Source of the DNA: Naegleria gruberi
Taxonomy: Eukaryota
Length of the DNA stretch: 64,000 bases
Assembly (NCBI GenBank): GCA_000004985.1
Contig: GG738915.1
Direction: 5' to 3' (one strand)
Below, one piece after another: positions 45,130 to 56,629 of the stretch. The first letter of the stretch is position 1, and every line of letters starts with the position of its first letter. The translations under genes and the position numbers were made by a program. The notes under the pieces were generated by a model. The model was not told the origin of the DNA. It saw only the letters and a program-made list of their open reading frames with translations, and made no database searches.

Positions 45130-46503
45130 TTAGGCCCAAATAGCAATAATTGCCATAGATGCAAAACCGAGTGCCATAAGAATGAATCTAGACAACTTTA
45201 AAAACTTATTCTTAGGTTGATGGATTGCAATTTCCATCAAAGCAACATATAAGAATGCTCCAGCTGCAATAGATAAAAGTGTACCTTGAGCAACTTTCCA
45301 GCTGTTATTTTCTAGTGCTTGTTCATTTTGGACTGAATGAATAATAATCAAACCAATTGCAATACCAACAGGAACAGAAGCAGCATATAAGAATAAAAGA
45401 GCCAGAGCAACGAAAATATTCTTACAGCCCTTTTCAACAATAGCTCCCAAAGAGAATGCTTCAATAAATTGGTGCGCCACAATGGCAGCAAAGATACTCC
45501 ACATATTTCCCAAATCAGTTTCAGCACCAAAACCCAATCCAATGAAAATACTGTGAGTTGATAAAGCCAACCATAAAACTATAGCTGTAAGTACGAGAGG
45601 AACACCAGATTTGTGATTAGTTTCAAATAACATTTGAGTAGCTTCATGGTGAGCACATCCTGTATGGTCTCCATGACCGTGACCATGTTCATGATGCACA
45701 TGATGTTGATCACATACGGTTGGTTCATTGGTGGTTGTCTTTTCAATTTGTGGTGTTTCTGGGTTTTCCAAATCACCCTCCTCTTCATTTTTAACTTCAA
45801 TGTCATCACTATCAACAGGTGAGCTTGGTGTTTCTTCCTTATGAGGTTTAACCATTTCAATTTCATCCACACAACCAATTGTTGATATTGAAGGTGGTGG
45901 GGATTTAGCTCCATTGGATGTAAGTGTTTGATGCTCCTTATGGTCATGACCATGTGAATGATCACAATTACTGTGTGAATGAGAGTGTCCGTGGGAATGA
46001 CCATGAGAGTGGCCATGGTCATGTTCGCCTGCCTTAAACCATTTCGATAAGAATGCCAACAAGACAAATTCCAATCCGTACAACACCAAAAATGCAAGAC
46101 ACATTGTAAGAGGCCCTATTGGATAGGCAGAACTTCTACTATCTCCCAAACTTTCCAATCCCTCTGAGATTAACTCTCCACCTTCAGCCATCATGTGTAA
46201 AATACCAACACTCAATAAAACTCCTCCTGCAAACCCATTACATTGATCAATGGCAATGCTTATATATCCTGAATTAATTCTCTTTTTAAAATATTTCACT
46301 CTCGAAAATAGTATAGGAACCAATGAAATGAGAAAGCTGCCAATTAGCAAGCCAAATAAGGTTCCCAATTTGGCTCCCAACAATGTTGCCTCCACTGATG
46401 GATCTATTGATGTAGAATTATTCATTGTTTCGTTATCAGTACTCTCCTGAAGTACATTTAAGAGTGGAAATGTGCCACTTTCTATTGGAATCTGTTCATA
46501 CAT
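45130..46503 (-). CDS. ZIP-family (SLC39-like) zinc/iron permease with two histidine-rich loops
   Basis: 457-aa single ORF with multiple transmembrane helices. The His-rich cytosolic loop is HDHGHSHGHSHGHSHSHSNCDHSHGHDH, and a second is HHVHHEHGHGHGDHTGCAHHE. The ZIP signature helix is AIVAHQFIEAFSLGAIV. Confidence 0.8.
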   Translation of the reverse strand: MYEQIPIESGTFPLLNVLQESTDNETMNNSTSIDPSVEATLLGAKLGTLFGLLIGSFLISLVPILFSRVKYFKKRINSGYISIAIDQCNGFAGGVLLSVGILHMMAEGGELISEGLESLGDSRSSAYPIGPLTMCLAFLVLYGLEFVLLAFLSKWFKAGEHDHGHSHGHSHGHSHSHSNCDHSHGHDHKEHQTLTSNGAKSPPPSISTIGCVDEIEMVKPHKEETPSSPVDSDDIEVKNEEEGDLENPETPQIEKTTTNEPTVCDQHHVHHEHGHGHGDHTGCAHHEATQMLFETNHKSGVPLVLTAIVLWLALSTHSIFIGLGFGAETDLGNMWSIFAAIVAHQFIEAFSLGAIVEKGCKNIFVALALLFLYAASVPVGIAIGLIIIHSVQNEQALENNSWKVAQGTLLSIAAGAFLYVALMEIAIHQPKNKFLKLSRFILMALGFASMAIIAIWA

Positions 46504-47004
46504 ATCTGAAACTGTTTTGCAATTTACGGTAAAAAATTTGCGCTGTTAAATATTCGTGCCGAGAATCCTTTGAAAAAAAACGCGATAAAAAAAAGCTGAA
46601 AATCGAGGCTGTTTCTCGTTGTCTTATTTTTTTTTGAACCAATTTTTCACCACTCTTATTGGGGCGCAATATTTTACAATGAATTGTTCCGAAGTGTAGG
46701 AACATTACGTGCCACCTTCAATATTTTGATTTAATACTAGTAGTGAAGAGATCAACCGGTTCAATGAGTCACAAACGTTTTGATCCGTGTTCAGCTTATG
46801 TTCATTAATCTACAACAACTTTGTATCGACCTTATTCTTTTTTTTAATGAAGGTTTCTTAATATTGTAAGGATTATTGATGTTGGTAAATTACAGATGCT
46901 TTATGATTAAAAAAAGATCAATCCACAAAATCTTGGAAATAACATAGATAGATCTCCTTTTATGCTAATTTCCACCAATGAATGGAATAATCAAATAAAA
47001 AAAA

Positions 47005-47973
47005 ATGTGTGCCTTCCACATCAAGAATCTCTTCTCCTACTCGACATTGGATACTGACAATAATCCAATCTTGGGCAAACGATTGGATGAATCTCCCATT
47101 CACTACTCACACTTTGTTCCAGAACAACAACAATTTGGTATCTCTCTGTTGGGAGTGAGAGGTTCCGGTCGAACCACTCTCATGTTTCAATATGCTATGG
47201 GAGTGTTGAAGAATGATCCCGATACTTCTAGTACTGTGATGATTCTGTTGCATCGAAATTCATCACCACCTCTTCCGATATTTGATGAGGAGGATCCACA
47301 AGTTCTCAATATGCTGAAGCGCATCGAAGTTAAATATATTGATACGTATAATTTATTGGTAGCCTTCTTAGCCAATATTCAATTGTTGGATGACATTTCT
47401 CTGCCTCGATATTTATTTGTTGATAATTTATCAGCCTTCTTTGCTTCTCATCAGAAGGATAATCCACATCTTTCCATTATTAATGTGTTGAATGATGAAG
47501 AGGATGGAGGAGAGGAATTTAATTTTGCTCTCCTACCAGAGAATAATCAACAACAATCCACCACGAATCAACTCTTTGGTAGACAATCAACAACAACAAC
47601 AGCCCAATCATCTAATAACAATCCAGGCTTGGAGGCTCTTCATATTAGAGCTTTTGCTCTCCTTCAGAATGTCTGTGTCTTTCTTTCAAAGAAGTTTCCA
47701 TCATGTTATCCAAACTTTATGGTCACAGACTCGGACGAGACTTTTCCATTCTACTCGAGATGGTGTCCTATTGTTGTTACTATTGATCATTACAGGGAGG
47801 AAAATCAACAACAACCAATAACAAATCAACAAAAGAACAAATCTTCTTCCTTCATTGTTAAAGTTTCATCAATTAATGAAGTGAATGATCCGTATCGTAT
47901 GAAGGCTGTTTTTCAGCTTTCTGATAGTGAATGTTTGTTGAACAAGTTAGATTTTGCTCTGCCAGCACTTTAG
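47005..47973 (+). CDS. Hypothetical protein, 322 aa; possible RecA-fold (RAD51-paralog-like) ATPase-like protein with degenerate Walker A
   Basis: ATG at 47005. The P-loop-like element GVRGSGRTTLMFQYA has Lys replaced by Arg. A Walker-B-like element RYLFVDNLSAFFAS follows. The central part is Q/N-rich low complexity. The family call is speculative. Confidence 0.55.
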   Translation: MCAFHIKNLFSYSTLDTDNNPILGKRLDESPIHYSHFVPEQQQFGISLLGVRGSGRTTLMFQYAMGVLKNDPDTSSTVMILLHRNSSPPLPIFDEEDPQVLNMLKRIEVKYIDTYNLLVAFLANIQLLDDISLPRYLFVDNLSAFFASHQKDNPHLSIINVLNDEEDGGEEFNFALLPENNQQQSTTNQLFGRQSTTTTAQSSNNNPGLEALHIRAFALLQNVCVFLSKKFPSCYPNFMVTDSDETFPFYSRWCPIVVTIDHYREENQQQPITNQQKNKSSSFIVKVSSINEVNDPYRMKAVFQLSDSECLLNKLDFALPAL

Positions 47974-48537
47974 GAATTATTTTCACATGAGAATTAGTTT
48001 GATGATTGGATTCAGGACTAACAATAACATATTATAGGAGAAGATTGCTACCAAACAATCTAATTTTGATATTATGGAAGGATGACAGGTATCTGTAGTT
48101 TCGCTCAATTGTATTAAACAGTTGTTGAAATTTCAATATCGTGCTTGAATCAACTTAAAGTTTGGGATTGAAGACGAAAGAGCTCCAAGCTTCAACAGCA
48201 GCTGGTTAACATTTTCAAATTGAATTGTCTCTCATAGAAATGATAATAAACCAGCGTGACGTGCTTCTTCTTTCCAACCTCTGATTTATATTTAGAAATC
48301 CATTAAAAAAATTAATAATTTTTGTTGTGGTGTTTTTAGAGTTGGAGGAATCATCAATAACACACAACACTACAATAAGTGCAATTTTATCATCATCATA
48401 CGTGTAGTTTGTGCTAGTCAATTTGTGTCCTGATCATAATATAACAACAACAACAATATTATCATCAGCATTAACAACATAATCTAGGAAACTAATAATA
48501 GTATTTTAATAGCATCATCACCAACAATAATAACAAG

Positions 48538-51500
48538 ATGAAGAATCGTATGTCTGTTGTGGATATCCGTTGCATTGTCGCGGAGTTGAGAGAACAATTG
48601 ATTGGTATGCGTTTGGCCAATCTTTATGACATTAACAAAAAGACTTATCTACTTAAATTTGCAAAAACTGATGAAAAGATTGTTGTTCTCATCGAATCAG
48701 GTATTAGAATTCATAGTACTGCTTTCGAAAGAGATAAATCAAAGATGCCAAGTCCATTTGTTTTAAAGGTAGGTTGTGATTTTCAAAGAAAATTCTTACA
48801 CAAATTATTTTCATCATGAAATAGATGAGAAAACATATTAGAACAAGGAGATTGGAAAAGTTGGAACAATTGGGAGTTGATCGTGTTGTTGATTTCACTT
48901 TCGGAGCTGAAGAAAAGGCATACCATCTTATAGTTGAATTCTTTGCAAAGGGTAACGTCGTTCTGACAGATTACCAATATAAAATCATTAGTATTTTACG
49001 TACACATAGTAAGGAAGCTGAGGCTGGTTTGTTTGCTGTGGGAGAAACATATCCAATTACAACTCGTTTACAATCTGATGGAATTTCAAAGCCAACTCTT
49101 GCACAAACAATCAAGACAGCTATAGAAAAGGAAAGAAATGCAGCCCTTGCACCAACAGAGGAAAATCCAGAAAATCCACAACCAACTCAAAAGAAGAAAC
49201 AACAAAAGAAAGCTCCAGCAGTTCCAACATTGACAGTGAAAAATTTATTGAATAATTATTTGGATTATGGTACAGGTTTTGTTGAACATTGTCTTTTGAC
49301 TGCAGATGTACTTGCATCTAATTTGAATTTACTTGATAATGCACATCCTGATACACTCAAATTAATTTCCGAGGTTGACAATGTCATTGCTTCATCCAAC
49401 GTTGAAACTCCAATTTTGGATAAGCTTGTATCTGCATTTAAACAAGTGGACGATTTCATTATGAGGATTAAGACTGAAAAACAAAGAGGTTATATTCTAC
49501 TGAAAGAAATTGTTCAACAACAAGTTTTGGATGAAGTTACTGTGGAAAATCCATTCCTTCCACCAAAGAAAGAACCAACCGAAAACGGTGAACCATCCTC
49601 AGAGGAACCTGTTGTTGAGCCTGAGATTGTATTGAACGATTTGCAACTCAAACAGATTGAGCTCATGAAGCAAGAAAAGAGGTTGTCAATTAAGAGAGAT
49701 CAATACGATGACTTTACACCATTTCTTTTTGAACAAGTCAGAAGAAAGATTCCTGCCGATAAGAATCAAATCAAAGTCATTGAATTTGACTCATTCGACC
49801 GATCTGCCGATGAGTTTTTCTCTGCCATTGAAGCTAAAAAGATTGAATCTCAAAAGTCAAGTATTGAAAATACAGTTGAAAAGAAGATGAGCAAGGTTAA
49901 AAGAGAACAAGAACTCAAATTGCAAGAATTGCAAGCCTCTTTCGATAAGTATGAAACAATTGCCACCTTGATTGAAACCCACTATGAGATTGTTGATCAA
50001 GCTATCCAAGTTATTTGTTCTGCTCTTGCCCAATCTCAATCATGGGAAACCATCAAGCAAATTATTAAGGAACACAGAGATGTGGATCCAATTGCTGCCA
50101 TGATTCACAAACTTAAATTGGAATCCAGTCAAATTACCGTTACCCTTCCTCCTCCATCTATCGATGACGATGATGAAGACGAATTTGAATATGAAGAATC
50201 AGATGAAGAAAATGATGATGAAGACGAAGAGAGTGATGATGAAGAAAAGAAGGAAAAGAAATCAGACAAGAAAAAGAAGGAAGAACCAATGAGAATTGAT
50301 ATTGACATTTCCTTGACAGCCCACGCCAATGCTGCCAAATACTACTCTCTCAGAAAGAAATCTGGAGAAAATAAGGAAAAGGCAGCTTTTGCTTCCAAGA
50401 AGGCCATTAAAAAGACCGAACAAAAGACTCTCGAATCTGCTAAAAAGTCTCAAATCAAATCAGAAATTACAATTAGAAGAAAGAGATTCTGGTTTGAAAA
50501 GTTCTATTGGTTTATCACCTCTGAGAATTATCTTGTTCTTGGTGGTCGTGATGCTCAACAAAACGAATTGGTTGTCAAGAGATATATGAGAAAGGGTGAT
50601 ATTTACATTCACGCTGATGTACATGGTGCTTCATCTTGTATCATTAAGAATCCAACGGGTGAACCAATTCCACCGCTCTCACTTCAAGAGGCTGGTATGT
50701 TTTGTGTTTGCAGAAGTGTTGCTTGGGACAATAAGGTAATGTCAAGTGCTTATTGGGTTTATGACCATCAAGTATCCAAGACAGCTCCAACTGGTGAATA
50801 TTTGACTGTTGGTAGTTTCATGATTCGTGGTAAGAAGAATTTCTTGCCTCCATCTCCTTTGGTTATGGGCTTTGCAGTAATGTTCAAAGTTGATGAATCA
50901 TGTATTCCAAATCACATTCAAGAGAGAAAACCAAGAATGTCTATAGAGGAAGCCTCTGAATATCTGACAAAGGTATCAGACTCTTTTGCTAATGATTATT
51001 ATGATAATGAATCGACCACTACTGGTACATTGGAGGAGGAAACTTCTACTGAAAAGAAGGAAGAAACCACCGTAACTACCACTACCTCTGCCAATGAAAC
51101 CACTGAAGAAGAGACAGATCCAGAAGTTAATCACAGCTCCAAAGTAACTAATGAAGAAATTCTTGAAATTGAAGAGGAAGATAATCAAAATGAGGAAGAA
51201 GAAAAAACTGAAGGAAATGATAAGAAGAGAGCTCTCTCTGCCAAGGAAAAGAAAATTTTACAACGTTTAAAGAAGAAGGGTATGACCGAACAAGCAGCCA
51301 GAGAGCTCATCATTTCTGGTCAAGCGACTGAAGATTCCAAATCTCAAAAAGAAGATGCCAAGAAACAAGACGAAGAAACCGAGGATAGTGAAAATACTGA
51401 GAATGACAAGTCAACTCTTCCAACCCACAAACCAAAGGGTATGAAGAGAGGTAAATGGAAGAAGTTAAAGACCAAGTATGCTGACCAAGACGAAGAAGAA

Positions 51501-52034
51501 AGACAAGTAATGATTGAATTAATTGGTAACAAGCCAAAGGAAAGACCAAAAGAAGATGAAATGAAGCAAGTACAAAAGAAGAAGGAAGAAGAACAACGTA
51601 AGAAGAAACAAGAACAAGCAGAAATTAAGAAATTCCTTGCCGATGAAAATATTCCTTTCATGGATGATGAAGATAAGGAAAAGCTTACTGAAATCGACAG
51701 TTTGACAGGTCAACCAAGAGATGACGATATTTTCTTATTTGCCATTCCAGTTTGTGCTCCATATACTTGCCTCAAGAATTATACCTATAAGGTCAAACTC
51801 GTTCCAGCAGGTACAAACACAAAGAAAGGTAAGGTTGGTAAGGAAGCTATTGCAATCATGAGATCAGAATCCAAGAACTTGCCAATGGTTGAGGCTTGCA
51901 TCAAATCAATTGATGAAGCTGATATTGGTGGTTGTTTGGTTGGTAATTGTAGAATTGCCTCATCAAGGAAGAGTAACTTCAATCCTCAAAAGAAGAAGAA
52001 GAAACCAACCTCTTCCTCTTCAAAGGACGAATAG
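48538..52034 (+). CDS. NEMF: NEMF / Tae2 / RqcH-family ribosome quality-control protein (NFACT-N, NFACT-R, NFACT-C domains), 2 exons
   Basis: E1 is 48538..48768 (MKNRMSVVDIRCIVAELREQLIGMRLANLYDINKKTYLL...VLK|GTAGGT). The intron is 48769..48824 (56 nt). E2 is 48825..52034 (MRKHIRTRRLEKLEQLGVDRVVDFTFGAEEKAYHLIVEFFAKGNVVLTDY...). The N-terminus closely parallels the NEMF/Caliban N-terminus. The NFACT-R block is DIYIHADVHGASSCIIKNP...AWDNKV. About 1146 aa, with an acidic/Lys-rich insert. Confidence 0.85.
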
Positions 52035-52228
52035 CCCTGTATTGTAATAAAATAATATATTTTGTGTAAATGATTCTTCATGAGTAGTAACTACTTTCAG
52101 TTATTTCCAGCAAAGCATGCCAACTATCCCTTATTATCTATTCGAAAGAAGGAACTTTGAATACAAAATCTCTCTTATTTTTTAAGGAACTAATTTTGGC
52201 GCCATCCTTAAAAACTTTTTCAAATAAA

Positions 52229-53134
52229 ATGATGCAACGAAGAACTCCCTCATCCAATACAACAACGACTACAACTGCTTCTAAACCCCTCTCACAGAGA
52301 TCATCTTCTACAACCCGAATCACATCTGGAGGAGGCCTTTCTTCAAGACAACCCTCATCAACGCCGAGTAGTCAGAACACTCCGCTCAATACAAGAGGAA
52401 CAAGGCTAACTTCAGCCTCATCATCAACGAGTAGTGGCAGCACAACAGCAAGGAGAGCTAATTCAACCAATGCAAGAGGAACTACGACAACGAAATCATC
52501 AGGAAGCAATGCAACGAATGGTATTCCAATGGAGTCAAAACCTAAAAAACTCTCCCAAGAACGATATGATAAACATAAAACAGCAAATCCATTCACTGCC
52601 AAGAATAAATTCAAAACAACTTTCGGAGGAGTTTACGAAGCTGGTGGAATACCTTGTAGAATACATCACACTGCTGCACATATGCATTTGAGCTGGGAAA
52701 AACCACTTCCTGACATACCTTATGATCCTCTCATTCTCACTGTGTCTGATGGTTTGAGAGAAACTGATCACCCTTATATTTTCATTGTACAAAAGGCATT
52801 TGAAGAGATGTGTAAAGCTGAGGAAGCTGCAGAAAAGATTATTCCACTATTGAGACAAATAACATCCTTCATCAGAATGGCACTGCAGAGTAAGGAGAAT
52901 GTGATATTTGAAAATGCATTGTCTGCTGTTCAACATTTGACTGCCTGTGTTGGAGATGCCATCATTCCACACTTACCTCTTGTGCTTGTACAGATCAGTA
53001 AGAAGACATTTGATAAGAAATATGCAAATAAGATCATGGATATACTGCAAAATATTGAGCAATCATGCGAAAACTCTGCAGAAGTTGTCAAATTAATTAA
53101 GGCAAAAGTGCCAACCTATGTAAATATTCGCTAG
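52229..53134 (+). CDS. PACRG: PACRG (parkin co-regulated gene) homolog, axonemal microtubule inner-junction protein
   Basis: The track ORF begins at TTG 52157; the first ATG is at 52229 (MMQRRTP...). The N-terminus is Ser/Thr-rich. The conserved PACRG core is GGVYEAGGIPCRIHHTAAHMHLSWEKPLPDIPYDPLILTVSDGLRETDHPYIFIVQKAFEEM...KIIPLLRQITSFIRMALQSKENVIFENALSAVQHL. Confidence 0.75.
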   Translation: MMQRRTPSSNTTTTTTASKPLSQRSSSTTRITSGGGLSSRQPSSTPSSQNTPLNTRGTRLTSASSSTSSGSTTARRANSTNARGTTTTKSSGSNATNGIPMESKPKKLSQERYDKHKTANPFTAKNKFKTTFGGVYEAGGIPCRIHHTAAHMHLSWEKPLPDIPYDPLILTVSDGLRETDHPYIFIVQKAFEEMCKAEEAAEKIIPLLRQITSFIRMALQSKENVIFENALSAVQHLTACVGDAIIPHLPLVLVQISKKTFDKKYANKIMDILQNIEQSCENSAEVVKLIKAKVPTYVNIR

Positions 53135-53340
53135 TAGTAAATCAGTTTTTAAGAATTAGAATTGCCAAAGTTAATTTATTTAAAAACCAATTTTAGCTTT
53201 TGTAGAAACGAAATTATTATGAAGAGCTTTTACAAAAATTCAATGAGAACTGTTGTAAATGTTCAAATAAACAAAGCCTATAAAACATTACTAGTATTCT
53301 TAATAATATTAAGAATACTATTAATACTAAGTAAACTTGC

Positions 53341-54924
53341 TTAACAATCCGTTAGTTGCAATTGTGGGAAAATGTCCTTAAGTGAACTTGATGAAGAACA
53401 AGTAGAAAACCTATTGCCCATCAAAAGTAGTACTTTTAGTTTAGAAAATACTGGCTTTTTAAATAGGGGGATAGCAATCGTAGGCAGGAAATTGGAGGTT
53501 AAATTCAACACTTCTAAATTCTCAAATTTTCCTTCTGATAAGAAGTTGATACCTCTTGTCTTGATTCTATTAAACGAAAGATTCAATTCCTGTAATGATT
53601 TCAAAGTATCACAAGCTAAATTCTCACATCCAAAACATGTGATACAATTTCTATTCAGCTTGAGCTTTTTCAGATTTGAAAACATTGGTGATTGAAATAC
53701 TACACAACCTTCATCTCCAAAGAAATTACCTTCCAACGATAATTCACTAAGATTATTCATTATTCCTTCAGAGAGGTAAATCATTGCAGAACTATTGATT
53801 TTGGCATCAGCTATTTTCAGAGTTCGGATTTCTTTCAAACCTTTTGAAATAAAACTTGCTCCTTCGTATCCAAGTGGATTTCCTGTCATGTCCAAATGAG
53901 TTATACTCTCAAAATTCCCAATATTCTTGCATGCTGATCCAGGTATATTGTTTCCAACAATAATTAATTTCCTCATACTTGTATTTTTCTGACTGCACAA
54001 TGATTCAAAACCTTCTTCAATATTGTTAAATGATAGATCGAGATATTCCATATTCTGGAGACAACTAGATAAGTATTTAGCACCCTCTGAGCTGATACAA
54101 TTATGAGAAAGATCCAGTATTTTCAAGTTAGTCAGATTTGATAATTCTTTGCACGAGTCAAGTTCAATTGCACTGGCAGTTACTGAGAGAGAATAAACAT
54201 TGGAAAGGGTATTATTTCTGGCAAGATTGGAAAATCCATAATCACTGATCATGCAATGATCCAGTTTAAGTTCCTGCAAAAATGGTTTTGGAGTTCGTGA
54301 AAATTCCCTACATGCAAAATCTGTAATCCTCAATCCATGAATTTCTAATTTTCTGATATTATTTAAATTACCCATTACTGTTTCAATGTATGCATTTTCT
54401 TGTTCATTGAAAATATTAATAAATCCACAGTCATGCAAACTCAGCTCTTGAATGTTTGTGAAATGTCTACAAACACTTGCTACCAGTACACAATAGTAAT
54501 TTGTATTCTTAACCATACCAGTAATGGTATCATGGTAAAGGCTAGTTGCTGTTTGTGCTGAAGCATTAAACCACTTTTTACAAACCATTGCACACTTGGC
54601 CAATGATTCAAACTCTAAATACGAAAAAATCTCCATATAAAACAATTCATCTGGCACTTCATTCAAATGAGATAATATCAAACTTTGTTTTTTTCGTTTA
54701 GAATCTTGCACCACAACAGACCTATCTTTCAATTCTTCTTTCATTTCTCTATGCTCTCTCTTTCTTTTCAATTGCTTTGTGTTCATTTTTCTTTCGGACG
54801 AAGAAGCATTACAACGTGAGGCTTGTTTTAAATTTGGAATCTCGTCAATATTTTTTGGATCAAAGGTAAAAACGTTGTTGGCTATTTGCGGAGTTCGGTG
54901 TACTAGCTTCATTCTGATCATCAC
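53341..54924 (-). CDS. F-box / leucine-rich-repeat (RNI-like LRR) protein
   Basis: 527-aa ORF. The F-box-like segment is LSHLNEVPDELFYMEIFSYLEFESLAKCAMVCKKWFNAS. About 12 RNI-type LRRs follow, of the form LxxLxLxxNxIxxxGxxxL. Confidence 0.75.
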   Translation of the reverse strand: MMIRMKLVHRTPQIANNVFTFDPKNIDEIPNLKQASRCNASSSERKMNTKQLKRKREHREMKEELKDRSVVVQDSKRKKQSLILSHLNEVPDELFYMEIFSYLEFESLAKCAMVCKKWFNASAQTATSLYHDTITGMVKNTNYYCVLVASVCRHFTNIQELSLHDCGFINIFNEQENAYIETVMGNLNNIRKLEIHGLRITDFACREFSRTPKPFLQELKLDHCMISDYGFSNLARNNTLSNVYSLSVTASAIELDSCKELSNLTNLKILDLSHNCISSEGAKYLSSCLQNMEYLDLSFNNIEEGFESLCSQKNTSMRKLIIVGNNIPGSACKNIGNFESITHLDMTGNPLGYEGASFISKGLKEIRTLKIADAKINSSAMIYLSEGIMNNLSELSLEGNFFGDEGCVVFQSPMFSNLKKLKLNRNCITCFGCENLACDTLKSLQELNLSFNRIKTRGINFLSEGKFENLEVLNLTSNFLPTIAIPLFKKPVFSKLKVLLLMGNRFSTCSSSSSLKDIFPQLQLTDC

Positions 54925-55114
54925 GCGAAACCTTTTGTTGTTTTTTTATTTTTTAAAAATTTAAAAATTGTTTGTTCCTTTTTTTGTGCTATTTTGAGAG
55001 ATGGGAATTGCGATTCTTTTCCTTGATTGAACTCGCAGAAGTTTTATGGAACACTTTGTAAAAAAGACAAATGAATATGTTCTGAATTCTTAAATGGAGA
55101 GTTGGGAAATCAAG

Positions 55115-56605
55115 TTATTTGTTGTAGAAGAGGGAATAACCGTAGATTAGTCTAAGGATAATGTTTGAGCTAGTTTCTTCCACCAATCCAGTATCAGTGT
55201 TGTTAAGGGGTTGAGTATTGGAGAGGAAGATTTGTCTAATGACTGGCTGTAGGGAGTTAGAAATGACCTGAGAGAGAGGAATCTTACTACTGTGAATATG
55301 GAGATAGTTGTATCCATTCTTGAGGGTTGTGAATTTAATTCCCTCATTTCTGCAGCCATTTAGATTAAGTAATTGATTAATGGGAAAGTTGTGAATGAGT
55401 ACCATGATGGAGGTGATGATTTTTCTTATGGAAACAATGCTAAAGAAGAGGAAAGAGAAACTCAAGTAATAAACTGCAACAGTTGGATAGAGGAATATGC
55501 AAATGGTAAAGAGAATGATGCCTAGAATGAGTTGATCATTAGAATAGTCCTCACAATTGTCCAATCTCTTCTTGAGCGGATTAGCCTTCTTTCCTCTAAA
55601 TAATCTCCACAATGAAAATATCAAATGAATGAGTTGGTTGTAGAGTCTTGAAATTATTCTGTAAAAGAGTAAAATATTGATCGATACAACAAGTAGCAAA
55701 TCACAAACAAGTGCCAACATGGTCGATGCTCCCATCAGGCAAGAGGAGGATATAGACCATATTAAAACTCTAAACAAATCTACTGTGAAAAAATCTGAGA
55801 GATAGTAAAAACCAAAACTCAATAGAGTTTGCCACCATCTCAATCCTCCGAGTGCCATTTGTCCCAATATGATATTCAACTGTTTGTTCAATTTAATACC
55901 TCCTGGATTACTGTCCTTTATCAACCATTCAAAGTGTTGAAACATGTTAATTAAAATGTACTTGTAGAGAGAAATAAATCGTTTTTTCAAATCAATTAAT
56001 GTTGATTCATCCAATTTCCAAACATGATAGATTATCAAAAATCCTAATATCAAATCTAAAATCATATTAAAAGACATTCCAATCCTACTAATATTCTCCA
56101 AATGTTTCTTCAATATACTCGAATTGATAGGAGTGTTAAATAGTGAATATTCTATTGCTTCTCTTCTCGCTTTGGAATTTCCATTATTTAAATGTTCTAG
56201 TGATGACAAAGTTTTCTCCTCATCACGATCCAAAGAATATTTGTACTTTGTATTCCTATCATAATAAATATAATAAATATTATTAATTGAATAATCATCG
56301 GAATGATCAGTGAGAATTATTCTCGAATTTTCAAGAGTAAAATTGAATTTTGAATGATATAATTTAGGAGTGGTAGTACTGCTCTGATGTAAATATCCAA
56401 TACTAGTTGATGGATCACTATTTGCAATCAAATCTTCTTCTGATGAAGCAAGTAATGGTTTTGCATCTTGAATGATAACATCCAAAATTGATTCACTCGG
56501 TTGTCTGATAATTCCTTCCACAATGTGTAGTTTTGAATTTTGTGTTATGCATTCCTTTTCAAATCCGAACGGTATGTAAATATTCAGAGAAAGCAATCGT
56601 GCCAT
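55115..56605 (-). CDS. Multi-pass membrane protein; possible PIG-Q/Gpi1-like subunit of GPI-GlcNAc transferase
   Basis: 496-aa ORF with 5-6 predicted transmembrane helices in the C-terminal half. The block NPGGIKLNKQLNIILGQMALGGLRWW resembles the Gpi1 family motif GLKLNxELxxFLG...W. A loop LFRGKKANPLKKRLDNCEDYSNDQLILGIILFT follows. The family assignment is tentative. Confidence 0.5.
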   Translation of the reverse strand: MARLLSLNIYIPFGFEKECITQNSKLHIVEGIIRQPSESILDVIIQDAKPLLASSEEDLIANSDPSTSIGYLHQSSTTTPKLYHSKFNFTLENSRIILTDHSDDYSINNIYYIYYDRNTKYKYSLDRDEEKTLSSLEHLNNGNSKARREAIEYSLFNTPINSSILKKHLENISRIGMSFNMILDLILGFLIIYHVWKLDESTLIDLKKRFISLYKYILINMFQHFEWLIKDSNPGGIKLNKQLNIILGQMALGGLRWWQTLLSFGFYYLSDFFTVDLFRVLIWSISSSCLMGASTMLALVCDLLLVVSINILLFYRIISRLYNQLIHLIFSLWRLFRGKKANPLKKRLDNCEDYSNDQLILGIILFTICIFLYPTVAVYYLSFSFLFFSIVSIRKIITSIMVLIHNFPINQLLNLNGCRNEGIKFTTLKNGYNYLHIHSSKIPLSQVISNSLQPVIRQIFLSNTQPLNNTDTGLVEETSSNIILRLIYGYSLFYNK

Positions 56606-56629
56606 TTTTTTACAATAACATTTAATTAT

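Noticed and set aside
45579-46097. Track ORFs 45579..46097 (minus) and 45634..45822 (plus) inside the ZIP transporter gene
   Set aside because: They are alternative-frame or antisense readings of the His-codon repeat region; the ZIP frame 45130..46503 explains the locus.
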